A stretch of 64,000 nt of DNA from Eledone cirrhosa (GCA_964016885.1 OZ024746.1:18476001-18540000), one strand, 5' to 3'; positions 13,101-25,827 are shown, counted from the first letter of the stretch. Made by a program: numbers and translations. The notes: generated by a model from the letters alone, not told the origin.

Positions 13101-16100
13101 CCCAGTCTTCTCTCTTGCACACTACATTTCATTCCTCTTATACCCCAGTCTTCTCTCTTGCACACTACATTTCATTCCTCTTATACCCCAGTCTTTTCTC
13201 TTGCAACTACATTTCATTCCTCTTATGCCCCAGTCTTTTCTCTTGCACACTACATTTCATTCCTCTTATACCCCAGTCTTCTCTCTTGCAACTACATTTC
13301 ATTCCTCTTATACCCCAGTCTTTTCTCTTGCAACTACATTTCATTCCTCTTATACCCCAGTCTTTTCTCTTGCAACTACATTTCATTTCTCTTATACCCC
13401 AGTCTTTTCTCTTGCAACTACATTTCATTCCTCTTATACCCCAGTCTTTTCTCTTGCAACTACATTTCATTTCTCTTATACCCCAGTCTTTTCTCTTGCA
13501 ACTACATTTCATTCCTCTTATACCCCAGTCTTTTCTCTTGCAACTACATTTCATTCCTCTTATACCCCAGTCTTTTCTCTTGCAACTACATTTCATTCCT
13601 CTTATACCCCCAGTCTTCTCTCTTGCAACTACATTTCATTCCTGTTATACCCCAGTCTTCTCTCTTGCAACTACATTTCATTCCTCTTATACCCCAGTTT
13701 TTTTCTCTGAACCCATCCATGCTTTGAAAATTTATGCATAATAGCATCACACTTACAACAAAACATGTTCGTTTCATTTTTCCCCAGCCTCCATATTTCC
13801 TCTACATTTACTGCCCATTTTTCACTTCCATGCAACTTCACACACGGGCATTATGCAACATGCTTGTTTGTAGAGAGAAAACTTTTGTTGTCACACAGCC
13901 ATTCCTGTTTGTGTTTTAATTGATTTAGAAATCTAAAACAAATGTTTTTAACCTTGATTTCAGACCTCTACCTCATGAAAAATACCGACCTCACTGGAAA
14001 CCTCCCGGAAATCCAGTCTATGCAAGAAAACTCCTTAAATTCAACCACCAAGAAGAAAAATGTAAATTAGGTGAGTAAAATTGCTAGAATATCCCAATTG
14101 GAAGAGATATCTGTCTCTTAGTCAAAGTGGATGTCTCTATATCGTATCCCACTTGGAAGAGCTCTCTCAACCAAAGTGGTGTGCCCCTATATCGTATCCC
14201 ACTTGGAAGAGGTCTCTCTCTCTCAACCAAAGTGGTGAGCCCCTATATCTTATCCCAATTAGAGAAGGTCTCTCCACCATCATCAGATGGTGACAGGAAA
14301 TCAGTGGTTATTAAATAATTTAGATATCCTGGCTATCAAAATACTTTCATAGAGTTCATTTACTCATGTCTGAAGTAATTTTGTTTTATATTTTTGTTCA
14401 GTGTTTGGAATGCTGTTGGGAGATACAATCTTCTTGGATTCTTTAGACTATGCTAATTCCTACAGACAAGAGGTAAGTTTATATATATATATATGAGTAA
14501 GACTGAAAATATATTCTTGTACTTGTACTATGGGGTATATAATTACTGTCACGATAATTTTAGAACAAGGCTGAAGATATTGTATTCTTGTACTCTAAGA
14601 TGTGTTGTGGGATATAATTGTTTTATTTTTCTCTCTGACACCTATCTTGCTCAAACTATATATTTTTTCTTATTTAGGTTGTGAAGTTTGCCCATTGCCC
14701 AACCATTCTGACTAGAGATGGAGATCGTATTCGCAGTAATGGCAAATTTGGAGGATTAATGAATAAAGCATTGCCTTTAGAAAAACTACGTGGAGCAGTA
14801 TTTGGTGAACCTCTGCCAGTTGCTTATCATGCAATCTGTACACAAATTGGTGAGTTGTACAACCAAACAATACCCTAATTATTTCATTGACAAATGACTT
14901 TATTTGTGAACTTTGGGAGTTGAGCACTTGTGGCCTCACACTATCATCATCACCCTTTTATATCCATTTTTTCATACTTGCATTAGTTGAACAAGTCTTT
15001 TCCAGTACAGCATCCTGTCACTTATTGTATTCCTGCATCACCACTCCTGCCCAGGTCTTCCTTGGTCTTCTGCTGCTGCAGCCTTTCTCCACATGATACA
15101 CACATTGTGAGATTCATCATCATCATCATCATGGTCATCTGTTTAACGTCCATTTTTCCATGCTGGCGTGGGTTAGATGAGTTATCCTTGTTGTGAGCAA
15201 TGCTAAGTCAGGTGGCCATGCCTTGCTTGTATAGAACTGATTTTGGCTTGGTTTCTACAGCCCTTCCTAGCACCATTATTTTAAAATCCACTCTCTCCAC
15301 TTCTGCCCATATCTTCCTTGGTTTTCCTCTACTGCACTTTTGGTACTTTTTCACCCAACAATTATCATCCATAAACATTTCTAAGGCACTGCAATATATG
15401 GCTAAAAGTTCTTACACTACAATATATAAAGAATATGAAGAACACAAAAATATTTCTACCACATTCTACTGGCTTTCTGAAACTTGTTAGTCATTTATAA
15501 CATATCTCACAATGCTTTGTATTAACTATACTACTTTATTTTTGTCCAATGTTTACAGACACACTACATAACTTCAGAGCTGCTGTAAAGAAACGACAGA
15601 ACTCTGAGACTGATCTTCTGGAACAGCAAAGGGCAATGAACAATCCAGAAATGAAGATCAAGATGAAGGAATGTTCAGAGGCAGAGGAAAGATTACGAGT
15701 TATTGAACAGAAATTGGGTAGGTCTTTCTTCTCAACTATTTGGTCAAGAATAAATATCATTTTGTTGTATACAAAACATAATACTTCAATGTGACAAGTT
15801 TTAAACAACTACCATTTAAAATATGTCATTATGAAATTGTAAATTCACGAGATACAGATACTTGGCCTGTCCCAGAGATCGGCAACCCTGCTTTAGTACT
15901 GGCTTGGTCTATGTGGACTCTTCCAACCCTTGTTAGCAGGGAAAGTGGATGTTAAAACAATGATGAAGAAGGGCATGAGACAAAATCTCAGTTTTATAGA
16001 TTAGAGCACCTTAGATTCTTTGATAATCATAATTTCCCATAGTTCATTAGTGACACAAATGAAGGCATGTGGTTTAGTGGTTAGAGAATTGGATTTGCAA

Positions 16101-17284
16101 TCATGAGGCTGTGAGTTTGATTCCGGGACCAAACAATGCATTATATCCTTGAGCAAGACACTTTATTTCACGTGGCTCTTTCTGCCAGTTGTTACTGGTA
16201 GATAGTATCAGTAATGGAAACGTTTCCTTGGTCCGATTTGATGAGTTTCATCCCACATGGTAAGCAAATGAGGTTTGGGATAATAATAATGAAATTATTG
16301 TGTAAAGTGCTCAGGTGCACTACAATTCGTCAAAGGTGCATGCGTAGTACATAGAATAATACACAAATGACAGGGAAGTGAATAGTGTATGAGTCATGAT
16401 ATACATGTGTGTATGTGTATGGAGGGGGAATATTAGGTGTAGTGTTGGCGAATCTCGGGAAGCATGGATACAGTGTCTTGACAGCTAACAACCGATGCAG
16501 GTAGTTTGTTCCATGCTTCAGCAACTCTGAGCGTGAAAAAATGTTTCTTGTCAATTGAAGACAACAGACTAGTTGGTGGACTGAATTCACAGGAAGTGTT
16601 TTGTATTCACTTTTAGGATATATCAACTTGGTAATATTTCTTTACAGCTTTAATTAAAACTATTTCCGGTGGTTTCTGGCAATATTTTATTGTTCCTGTT
16701 GAATTAGAGATCTCATCTGAGATTAATTTCCTTACTTATCTTTATTCTAGCATTGGTAAATATTGTATTGATTAATACTGGCTGCTATAAAGACGCAGCT
16801 TTTTGTTTGTATCAATACTGGCTGTAATTGGGTGCTGGGTTTGTAAAATGTTTGCAATAGTAATATGAATGGCTCTCTTTATTAAGAACTGATTATTATT
16901 GGTTTGTTTTATCACCAATTTCCTGTTTTTTATAATTATTATTCTTCTGTTGTAGGTATGTGCCTTGTTCAATCACAGTCTTCAGGGATGGCTTCAAAAG
17001 GAAAATTATATGAACACTTCGAGACACCACTGGGTACCAAAAAACCTCGTTTGTCAACATCTACTCTTTACAGTGCAGACGCTGGCAATCTTGAAATATC
17101 TCCTGCTTTGAATGGCACTGGAGCTAACAAATCCCACAATATTACAAGCAACTCAGGTGCATTGGGTATCTCTACACCAACTAACAATAATAATAACTTT
17201 GCTCCAACAAGACAGAGTAAGCGTATTGCTTCCATGACACCAGTCACTTCAGATGACGGTAGAAAGAGACTGCGTAAAACCTGA
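7126..17284 (+). CDS. SMCHD1: SMCHD1 orthologue, C-terminal coiled-coil and SMC flexible hinge region (9 exons; 5' part not in window or absent)
   Basis: Exons 7126-7245, 8689-8894, 9500-9601, 10115-10203, 13964-14070, 14402-14472, 14678-14849, 15559-15717 and 16956-17284 (stop) are all GT-AG and phase consistent. Peptides [41 protein letters not shown] and [25 protein letters not shown] closely match the vertebrate SMCHD1 hinge domain as I recall it. A basic NLS-like end (GRKRLRKT) is present. Confidence 0.93.
10435..10640 (-). mobile_element. CR1/L2-group LINE C-terminal ORF fragment
   Basis: [32 protein letters not shown] is typical of the post-RT region of the CR1/L2 group. Confidence 0.7.
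10645..13700. repeat. 42/43-bp minisatellite, about 72 units, in an SMCHD1 intron
   Basis: Unit ttgca(c)actacatttcatt(c/t)ctcttataccccagtctt(t/c)tctc. It explains all long ORFs in this region. Confidence 0.97.
13700..13905 (-). mobile_element. Old RTE LINE ORF fragment running directly into the 42/43-bp minisatellite
   Basis: The minus strand aligns by eye with 22280-22490 (aaaagttttctctct.., catggaagtgaaa.atggg.., aaatgaa..catg.., caaagcat..gagaaaa..ctggggtataagagga). Confidence 0.7.
14090..14272. repeat. Degenerate about 55-bp tandem repeat in a short SMCHD1 intron
   Basis: tatcccacttggaagag...ctctcaaccaaagtggtg occurs 3-4 times. Confidence 0.75.
16280..16600 (-). mobile_element. CR1-like LINE 3' end
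   Basis: Minus-strand [20 protein letters not shown], followed by a 3'UTR and an (ATT)n tail. Confidence 0.7.
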
Positions 17285-18649
17285 ACCTCTTGTTTATTCA
17301 CCATATTCCTCACCATTGTCAGCCAACTATCATTGGATTAATTTTTTCTTAGATCAATCTGGTTAGCTTCATACACACTTCACACACAATTCTGAGAAAC
17401 TGCTTTTTTCCCCCCCTCCACCACTTCTCTCCAATTTTCATTTCCTTCTATATTATTATTACATCCCTTCTCACGCACTTTACACATACAAACATCCACT
17501 TTATTTTCTAAAGTATTTTGACTTCTAACAATACTGTTAATACATGGATCCTGTTCTTGAATTTGATTTCCTAAAATCAGACCCTCATATTAGTAAAGTT
17601 ATTTACAGCAACTCGTCTGTCTCCTCTTCCCCTCTCTGTCATGACTGTAATATAGTACCAGATCAGATTCTACATTTTCACTGTTAATGTAAGGATTATA
17701 TTGTTTTCTATTATTTTATCTATAATTTTATTGTTCATTGTCATATTAAGAACTCAGACACTTCAACGCTGTCTTCAGTTTATGGAAGTTTTTCTTCGTT
17801 TTATTTACTCCACAAATATTTTTTTTTGCCATGTATTAGTTCCATATGGAACCAAGTATTGTAAATACAGCTTTTGAGATTAACTGGATTTCATTTGTTC
17901 ATTTTTTCCTCCCATTCATTGCAGTATATTCAATGTAATAGTTATTCATCTATGAGGATTAAGAGGACCCTTTAGTTGTCAGACACAAATACGTCTCTAG
18001 TGTTGATCTACATGAGAAATGAACCCAGTACACTGTGGTTGGTGTTAAGAAGGGCATCTGGTTGGTGATAGGAAGGGTTGGGAGGACCCTTCAGTTTGTG
18101 TCAATCAAAAACATGACAACTTCTCTTGTGAACTCGAACGCAAGATGCAGACCTTCCGAGCCTGTCTGGGAGGTCAGTAGTACTGATTTGGTCTATGTAG
18201 ACTCGTTCAACCCTTGCTAAGGAAAGTGGACATTAAATTATTATATGTTACAAAGGTAAATGAGTTTATAATACTTCAAGCTGAATGTGAATCCTCAATT
18301 AGCAAAAAAAATAAAGACATCTTTATAATCTGTTATGGAAATAATGTTAAGCTGTACAATTGTGGTAGTAGAGAGTAGAAACATCCTGATATGTCTCTGC
18401 TAATATAGACAACAAACAAACTTGAGGATCGAGTAAAAAAAAAAAAAAAAAAAAAAAAAAATGAATAATGGAATGAATGTTGAGGAAGAACAAATAGAAG
18501 GAAGAATTTTTTTCTTTTATTTTTGCAAAAACACGTCAGAAATAAAATGACTTCATTTCATCTTTGCTATTTGTTGCATTATAATATATATAAATATACA
18601 TGTGCATATAATATACACATGGATATATTATATACATATATAATAGGTA

Positions 18650-18834
18650 GATTCCCGAAAGGTGATTGGGAGGTGACCACAGTTAAAGAAGGTACTCAAT
18701 TTGTTGGTAGAATATAAGCATCTTTATTTTATAGAGAAATGACTTCTACAGGGCTAGAACTGTTTCATTTGTATTAATTCATCAGGACATTCCTGATTTC
18801 ATATGAATGAAACAGTTATTCTGAAAGTCATTCC

Positions 18835-18874
<40 letters not shown>

Positions 18875-19100
18875 TGTTTGTGTGCACACATTTGAGCTTA
18901 CTTCTGGTTTTTCAATGTGTGTGTATATATAATTAAGGTCAATATCCCAAAGGGAATCAAGAAATAATGACAGCTAAATTACTCAATATGTGAGTAGAGA
19001 ATAAGCATATTTTATTATATAGAAATGAATCTTACAGGACAAGATCTGGTGATTTCATACAAATGAAACAGTTCAAGACCTGTAGAAGCCATTTTTACAT
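18650..19100. mobile_element. Two degenerate direct copies of a hammerhead-bearing repeat (probable Penelope-like pseudo-LTR remnant)
   Basis: About 18650-18835 and about 18945-19100 share tactcaat...gtag..ataagcat.tttatt.tata.agaaatga..tacagg...gaaacagtt. Both are flanked by (TA)n/(GA)n tracts. Confidence 0.55.
18736..18793 (-). ncRNA. Type-I hammerhead ribozyme (Penelope-associated type), catalytic core intact
   Basis: The minus strand reads GGAAUGUC-CUGAUGA-AUU aauaca AAU-GAAA-CAG uucuagcc CUG-UA/GA agu CAUUUC. This gives both conserved core boxes, 3-bp helix II, helix III, a GUA cleavage triplet and a bulged helix I. Confidence 0.7.
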
Positions 19101-19589
19101 TATATATACACACATATATGGTGCATATACACTTATATAATTCATGATCTGTGTATGTAATATTTTATTTACATTATGTAACCTATAATTTAAGAGGGAA
19201 GAAAAATCCCTGAAATCTTACATCTTGACTGAATAGAAAATAATTATCCCTAAACTTTCAGAACATCCATGAAAGTAAATATGGAGAGAGAGAGAGAGAG
19301 AGAGGCAGTGAGTGTGTTTGAGCATGAGTTGGATAGAAAAAAATATATAATTCCTTCAGGAAGAACCATTGGTTGAATCACATGTTTATGAGTATCTATT
19401 CTGAAAATATTGGTCAATATGTTAGTTTTATAAGAATTCTAAACCTAAGACCATTATAGTCTGTAAGTTATGCTCAGTGAAGAATGTAAGGAACTAACAA
19501 CTTAAATAAAAATAAAATGAGTTTAAAAGTGTTTTCTGTACACAGTTGATAAAACTAAGTTGTTCATAATAGTTGGAATAATACTTTTA

Positions 19590-19805
19590 CCTTCATGTGG
19601 AATTTTTTCTAATACTTATAGTTTCATGTGGATATATTTTTATGTTGAATAAATACTTATAGTTTCATGTGGGATATTACTTATAGTCTCATGTGGGACA
19701 TCACATACTTTCATGTGGTATTACTTATAGCTTCATGTAGTATAACAGTCTCATGTAGAATATTACTAATACTTTCATGTAGTATAAGTTTCATGTGGAA
19801 TATTG
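19590..19805. repeat. Degenerate tandem repeat (tacttatagtttcatgtgg)
   Basis: About 9 diverged copies. Confidence 0.7.
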
Positions 19806-20663
19806 TCAGTGCAAGATCTCCGTTAGTATTGATTTGAGTTTCAGATTGATATCAGGTGTCATGTAAAAAAAAAAAAAAATCTTTGATATGATAAGGGGGG
19901 GGGGGGGGGGGAGGTGGTCTTACTTCAAAATAAGGAAGGAAAGGAAGTGAATTGAGATACAGGGAGTTTATGAAGTTACAAATAGCCAATATTACTTAAT
20001 AACATATAGATGCTTTCATTTTCTTCATCTTATTATGTGCATAATTTATTAGAGTATGTTTTTGCTTTTTAAAACTTCTGTCATACTTTCACATTTACTC
20101 ATTTTAAAATTTTATTCATTCACTTCTTGGTCGTTTTCTTTTATTAAAATCACACATACATGAAAAAAAATAACAAGAAAAAAAAAAAATGTACATTGCC
20201 AAAATGTCGAAGCAACAAATTGTTAATTTCTTGTTAAACCAATCACATAAGTCTCAATTTTTCACCTTTGAAGGTTGAAAGAAGTGGCTAATATTTCTTT
20301 TAAGATCAATGGGAGAGAAACACAACAGGACAAAGATCAATATGAACAATGGTAAACAAATAAACAAATAAATAACAAATCCCGAAGTGTTTCCAACTTG
20401 AGGAAATAATACTATTTCAGAATAATTTACAATATTTTAATATTAATATTCAGCAAAGTTCCTTTGCAGACATTATACCACAAAGGAATTATAGGTGTGT
20501 GTTGCATCAGAGGTCCATTACAAAAGATAATACTTGCATTATCTTTTTGATTTTTTTTTTCTTTTTTTTCTTGGATATATAAACAAGTATGAAGACATTG
20601 GCAGTGCTGCTTCAAAGATAGAGACAAAAACAAATTTCCAATTTTATAAAAAAAAAAAAAATT

Positions 20664-23297
20664 TCAACATTGGATATTTCTAATCCGCTCGCGAGAAGTA
20701 TCAGTCTGTGCAGCAGCACGCCGTCGGATTCTTTTCATTTTAGCCATGTCTTCGCCAAATACATCTCCAGTCCTAAGAGCTGATATCAAATCGTCAAATT
20801 CTCCTAGAAAAAAAAAAATTAAATATATTAAAATTATCATATATACTTGCATATAAGCCGAGAAATATGACAAAAAAAAAAAAAAAAAAAAAAAAAAAGT
20901 CATATTTCTCAGCTTATAAACTAGTATATATGGTGTGTTTATATACTTGTTTATAAGCTGAGAAATGTGACTCATCATCACCGTTTTACATCCGTTCTTC
21001 CATGCTAGCATGGAAGAACGGATTGTCCTGTTGTGGGCAGTGTCTGGTCGGCTGACCATGTCTTGCTCATACAGGAACTGATTTTGGCTTGATTCCTACA
21101 GCTGGATGCCCTTCCTAACACCAACCTCATTTACAGTGAGTGCTGGGTGCTTTTTTTGCCGTGGCACCTCTACGACCACTCTATATATATATATACCGTA
21201 TATACTTGTTTATAAGCTGAGAAATATATATATATATATATATATATCACAACCAAACGTATTGTTAACCAGGTAATACTAAAGGTGTCATACCAAAAGA
21301 TTGGTGCAGTAGCATCATTGTCAACTGCTATAAAGGTGATGCACTCGATAGAGGAAACTATAGAGGTATAAAGCTGATGGACCAGGTCATGAAAGTAACA
21401 GAAAGAGTTATAGCACAGTTGATTAGGGACCGGGTGAAACTAGATGAGATGCAATTTGGGTTTGTTCCAGGAAGAGACACCACTGATGCCTCTTCCTTGT
21501 GAGGCAGTTACAGGAAAAGTACCTAGCTAAAAGTAAGCCACTCTACCTGGCATTCGTCGATCTCGAGAAAGCCTTTGACAGTTCCACGTGCTGTAATCTG
21601 GTGGGCTCTTAGAAAACTAGGAGTAAATGAATGGCTTGTGAAAGCTGTACAAGTCATGTATAGGGGAGCAGTCAGCAAAGTTAGGATTAGCAATGAGTAT
21701 AGAGAGGAATTTAGCGTACAGGTTGGTGTCCACCAGGGCTCTGTTCTTAGCCCTCTCCTGTTCATCATAGTCCTGCAGGCAATAACAGAGGAGTTTAAGA
21801 CTGGATGCCCATGGGAACTCCTGTATGCTGAATCTATGGTAGAACTAGAGAAGAAATTCCAAACTTGGAAGCAGGGACTAGAAAGAAAGGGTCTCAAAGT
21901 CAACATGATAAAGACTATGGTCCTTGTAAGTAAATGAGAAAACAGAACCCAGATCCTCTCAGGGAAATGGCCTTGCTCAGTATGTAGGAAAGGTGTAGGT
22001 AGGGACTCCATTCTCTGCCCCAAATGCAAACAATGGGTACACAAGAGATGTAGCGGGATCTCAGGAAGCTTAATTAAGAATGTAGGATTCACATGCAGCA
22101 GCTGTACTGGGACCAAGCAGCCACAGGAAACAAGTACCACCAATCTCTGGTAGGTCTCTGTAGAGACAGTAGACAGCTTCTGCTACCTAGGTGACCGAAT
22201 TAGCAGCGGAGATGGGTGTTCAGAAAGTACAATAACTAGAGTAAGAACGGGATGGAAGAAGTTCAGGGAACGACTGCCACTGCTAGCTGCAAAAGGCTTC
22301 TCCCTCAAAATGAAAGGCAGACTGTATGATGCATGTATCCGAACAGCAATGTTACCTGGGTGCTGAAGGTGGAAGACTTACGTAGATTAGAGAGAAACGA
22401 AGCCTGCATGCTCCGATGGATGTGTAATAGTAATATACGTGAACGACAAAGCATAAATGAATTGAGAGAGAGACTGAGCATAAGAGGAATCAAATGCTGT
22501 GTGCAGGAGAGGCGGTTGCGTTGGTATGGACATGTGATGTGTATGAAGGATGACAGCTGCATAAAAAGGTGCAAAGCACTAGAAGTCGATGGAAACCGCG
22601 GAGTAGGGAGACCCAAGATGACCTGGGATGAGGTGATAAAAGCCGACCTTACCCAATTACACCTCTCAAAGGCGATGACACACGACTGTGACCTCTGGCG
22701 TCACGCAGTAATACAGAGTACCCGACCTCCCATGGGTACAAGCTGAAGCATATAAACAATATGACCCCACACCCTCCCACTGCAAGGTGGTCGTGGAGGT
22801 GCCACGGCAAAAAAGCACCCAGCCCACACTGTAAAGTGGACGTGTAGGCACCACGAAAAAGCACCCAGCACTCACTGTAAATGAGGTTGGTGTTAGAAAG
22901 GGTATCCAGCTGTAGAAATCAAGCCAGATCAGTTCCTGTATGAGCAAGGCATGGTCAGCCGACCAGACACTGCCCACAACAGGACAACCCGTCTAACCCA
23001 TGCTATCGTGGAAGAACGGGCGTAAAACGGTGATGATGATATAGAGGCACATGGCTTAGTGGTTAGAGCATTGGGCTTGCAATCGAAAGGTTGTGAGTTC
23101 AATTCTCAGACCAAGTGATGTGTTGTTTCTTTGAGCAAGACACTTAATTTCACATTGCTCCAGTTTACTCAGCTGTAAAAATGAGATGATAGGACTGGGG
23201 CCCCTATCATTCCACTGCAAAGTGGTCGTCGAGGTGCTACGGCAAAAAAGCATGATGATTTCTCACGAATGAAACAGTTCTAGTCCTGTAGAAGCTC

Positions 23298-23344
<47 letters not shown>

Positions 23345-25827
23345 CCGAGATTCTTGTACAAGTAAATATGTTCTAATTTATCAAGAATTAGAGAGAGATA
23401 GACAGAGAGAGCAGTGCGTGAACCAGAATCTGTATGATAAAAACCAAACCTTTTTCAGTGTTTTCTGATATTCCATTTGTTAGTTTTTCTTTAGAATTAT
23501 TACTTGAAAGAGACTCTTGCTTCTTCAATAATCTTTGTTTTTCTTTTTCCTTCCTTGACTGAAATATTTTAAAATATAGATTACATTAATTATAATAATT
23601 TTACAAGTGACAAAAGATCTTTTAATTCTGCAACCAATTATAGTCAAAGAATATACATAGGAGTGAATACAATTGGATCCAGCCGAATCAACTGGAGACA
23701 GTTGCTTCTGGTAGGAGTGTTTGAGGACTCTGCCCTCCTGATTCTCCCAGGAATAAGTGGGAGGAGAAGGAAGGGGAGGATAAGACAGGACTGATCCCAT
23801 CATTGGAAGTTGCCATGCTCCATCTATAGAAAAGGAATAGGTAGGAACTTTATAGCTGTTTTAACAGCTGATCTAGCGATGAGTTTTCTCATTTTAATAG
23901 GTAGGACTCTATATACTCAATGTTAAGGTATGGATACAAAATAGGTGTTGTAGGATTGTAGGCAGGTGAACAGAAATGATAGACTTTATATATGGTAGAT
24001 GCACGGAGGTAGTTGATAGTAAGAGCATCAGTGAAATAAATCTTTTCCAATCCCAAGAATGTACCATAGAATTAGTTGATGGGTTTTGCAACTTAGGTGA
24101 CCTAATTAGCAGTGGAGGAAGTTGCTTTGAAAACATAACTGTTAGAATGAGAACAGGTTGGAAAAAATTCAGGGAGCTATTACATCTGTTAACAACAAAG
24201 TGAAGAGTAGATTGTATGATGTCTATTTGCAAAGTGTGATGTTGCATGGCATTGAAAAATAATCAGAGTTTGCAGTTTGACATTTCCATTTTAGATAGAT
24301 CACTGTGTTCTAGGAGAGGTATTTGAAATCAATTTAATTGACAGCTGCTGGACAAAAAGTGATTTATGCTGATAGAAGGTACTTGCAGCATACATGAGAC
24401 CAAATCTCAGAATGTTCACTTTTGTAGACAAGATTATAAATGATTGAAAAGACTGGTGTAAAATGGACCTGTCAAACCCATATCAAAATTGAAAATGAAT
24501 TAATAGATAATAATTGTTGCAGTTAATATTGGGTTTTCCAGGAGTTGTGACTGGTAGATAGTATCGGTAATGGAAAGACCAATGGAAACATTATTTCCTT
24601 GGTCTGATTTGACAAGTTCCATCCCACTTTGTAAGAGAATGAGGTCTGTGATCTTGTTGATCGATTGTCTGTCAACATTGCTATTTAAATTTTTGTACAA
24701 AATAGAAAATTACTGACCTGTTCCATTTTGGCCCGTTTTTCTTCCTCGATCTTTTTCATCTTTTGTCTTTCGTTATCATTCTTTGCTTCAGCAAATGAAG
24801 TCAAGAATGTATCAAGTACTGAGAAGAATTCATCAGGTTGTTGTTTGAGGTCTTCACAGAAAGCTTTCAAAGCTCTCTCATACTGTTCAAAGGAAGTTAA
24901 ACACATCAATATATTAAATATACATTTATTACAAACATGTATCATATTTCTTTGGACTAAATAGAACAATAATGATTTGCATAGAAAGGATAAAGTCTAC
25001 TGGATCAACATCAGAATATCTTACAGGCATTATTCATGTGATTTGGCATCACTCAAAAACACTTTAGGTCTCACATTTTAAGGGATAGGGCTTCATTCAA
25101 ATCATTAATACTTTCATTTCAAGAAATAGGGATTAAATCAAAACTTTAACAATAGGGATAGGGCTTCACTCATAAGATTAACACTCACATTTTATGACAT
25201 ATAAACTTATTGAAACTTGTGAACCTAATCAATATTATAGTCTCATTATTCATGATTTTGATTGAGATATTTACCTTTTGTTTCATTTCTGCATAGGATT
25301 CTTCTAGTTCAGAAAAATTGTAGGTCGATACAGTTATAAAATCCGTCATTACCGAAGTAAATTTATCCCTGCTGTCTCTGTTATATGACCCCAAGAATTC
25401 TAATTCCTGAAATGAGAAATCAAGCAAATATTGATTAGAACGAATAAAGGTTAGAACTATTTAACTAAGAGTAAAAGAAGAAAACTATTTTTATTTGTGA
25501 TCCATAGTGAAAACCACAAATCAGAGAGGGAACATTTCACAGTGGAATCTTTAAAAAGATATAAGAATTAAAGCAATAGAATGCAGTGTATTTTAAATAC
25601 ATATCTTGTGTGAAACTCTCAGTCAGTAGCTAGTCTCACTACACACACATATATATATAATCAATACAAAGAGCAAAATCCAGAGAGGAAGGGTTGTATA
25701 TATATAATCCCGTAGAGCAAATATTTGTTATTAGCACAGATTAAAAGTTTAAGCAAATAATTTCTGCTTTCACCCTGAGCAGGATCAGCTAAAACTCATG
25801 AACTAATAATATCTATTTATTCATCTA

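Noticed and set aside
10622-13741. ORFs of 1039, 988 and 767 aa
   Set aside because: Artefacts of a stop-free 42/43-bp tandem repeat. They are open in all three frames and lie inside an SMCHD1 intron.
23045-23115. tRNA gene-like sequences (also at 791, 16060, 30238, 42872)
   Set aside because: A/B boxes run into SINE bodies and there is no complete cloverleaf acceptor stem.
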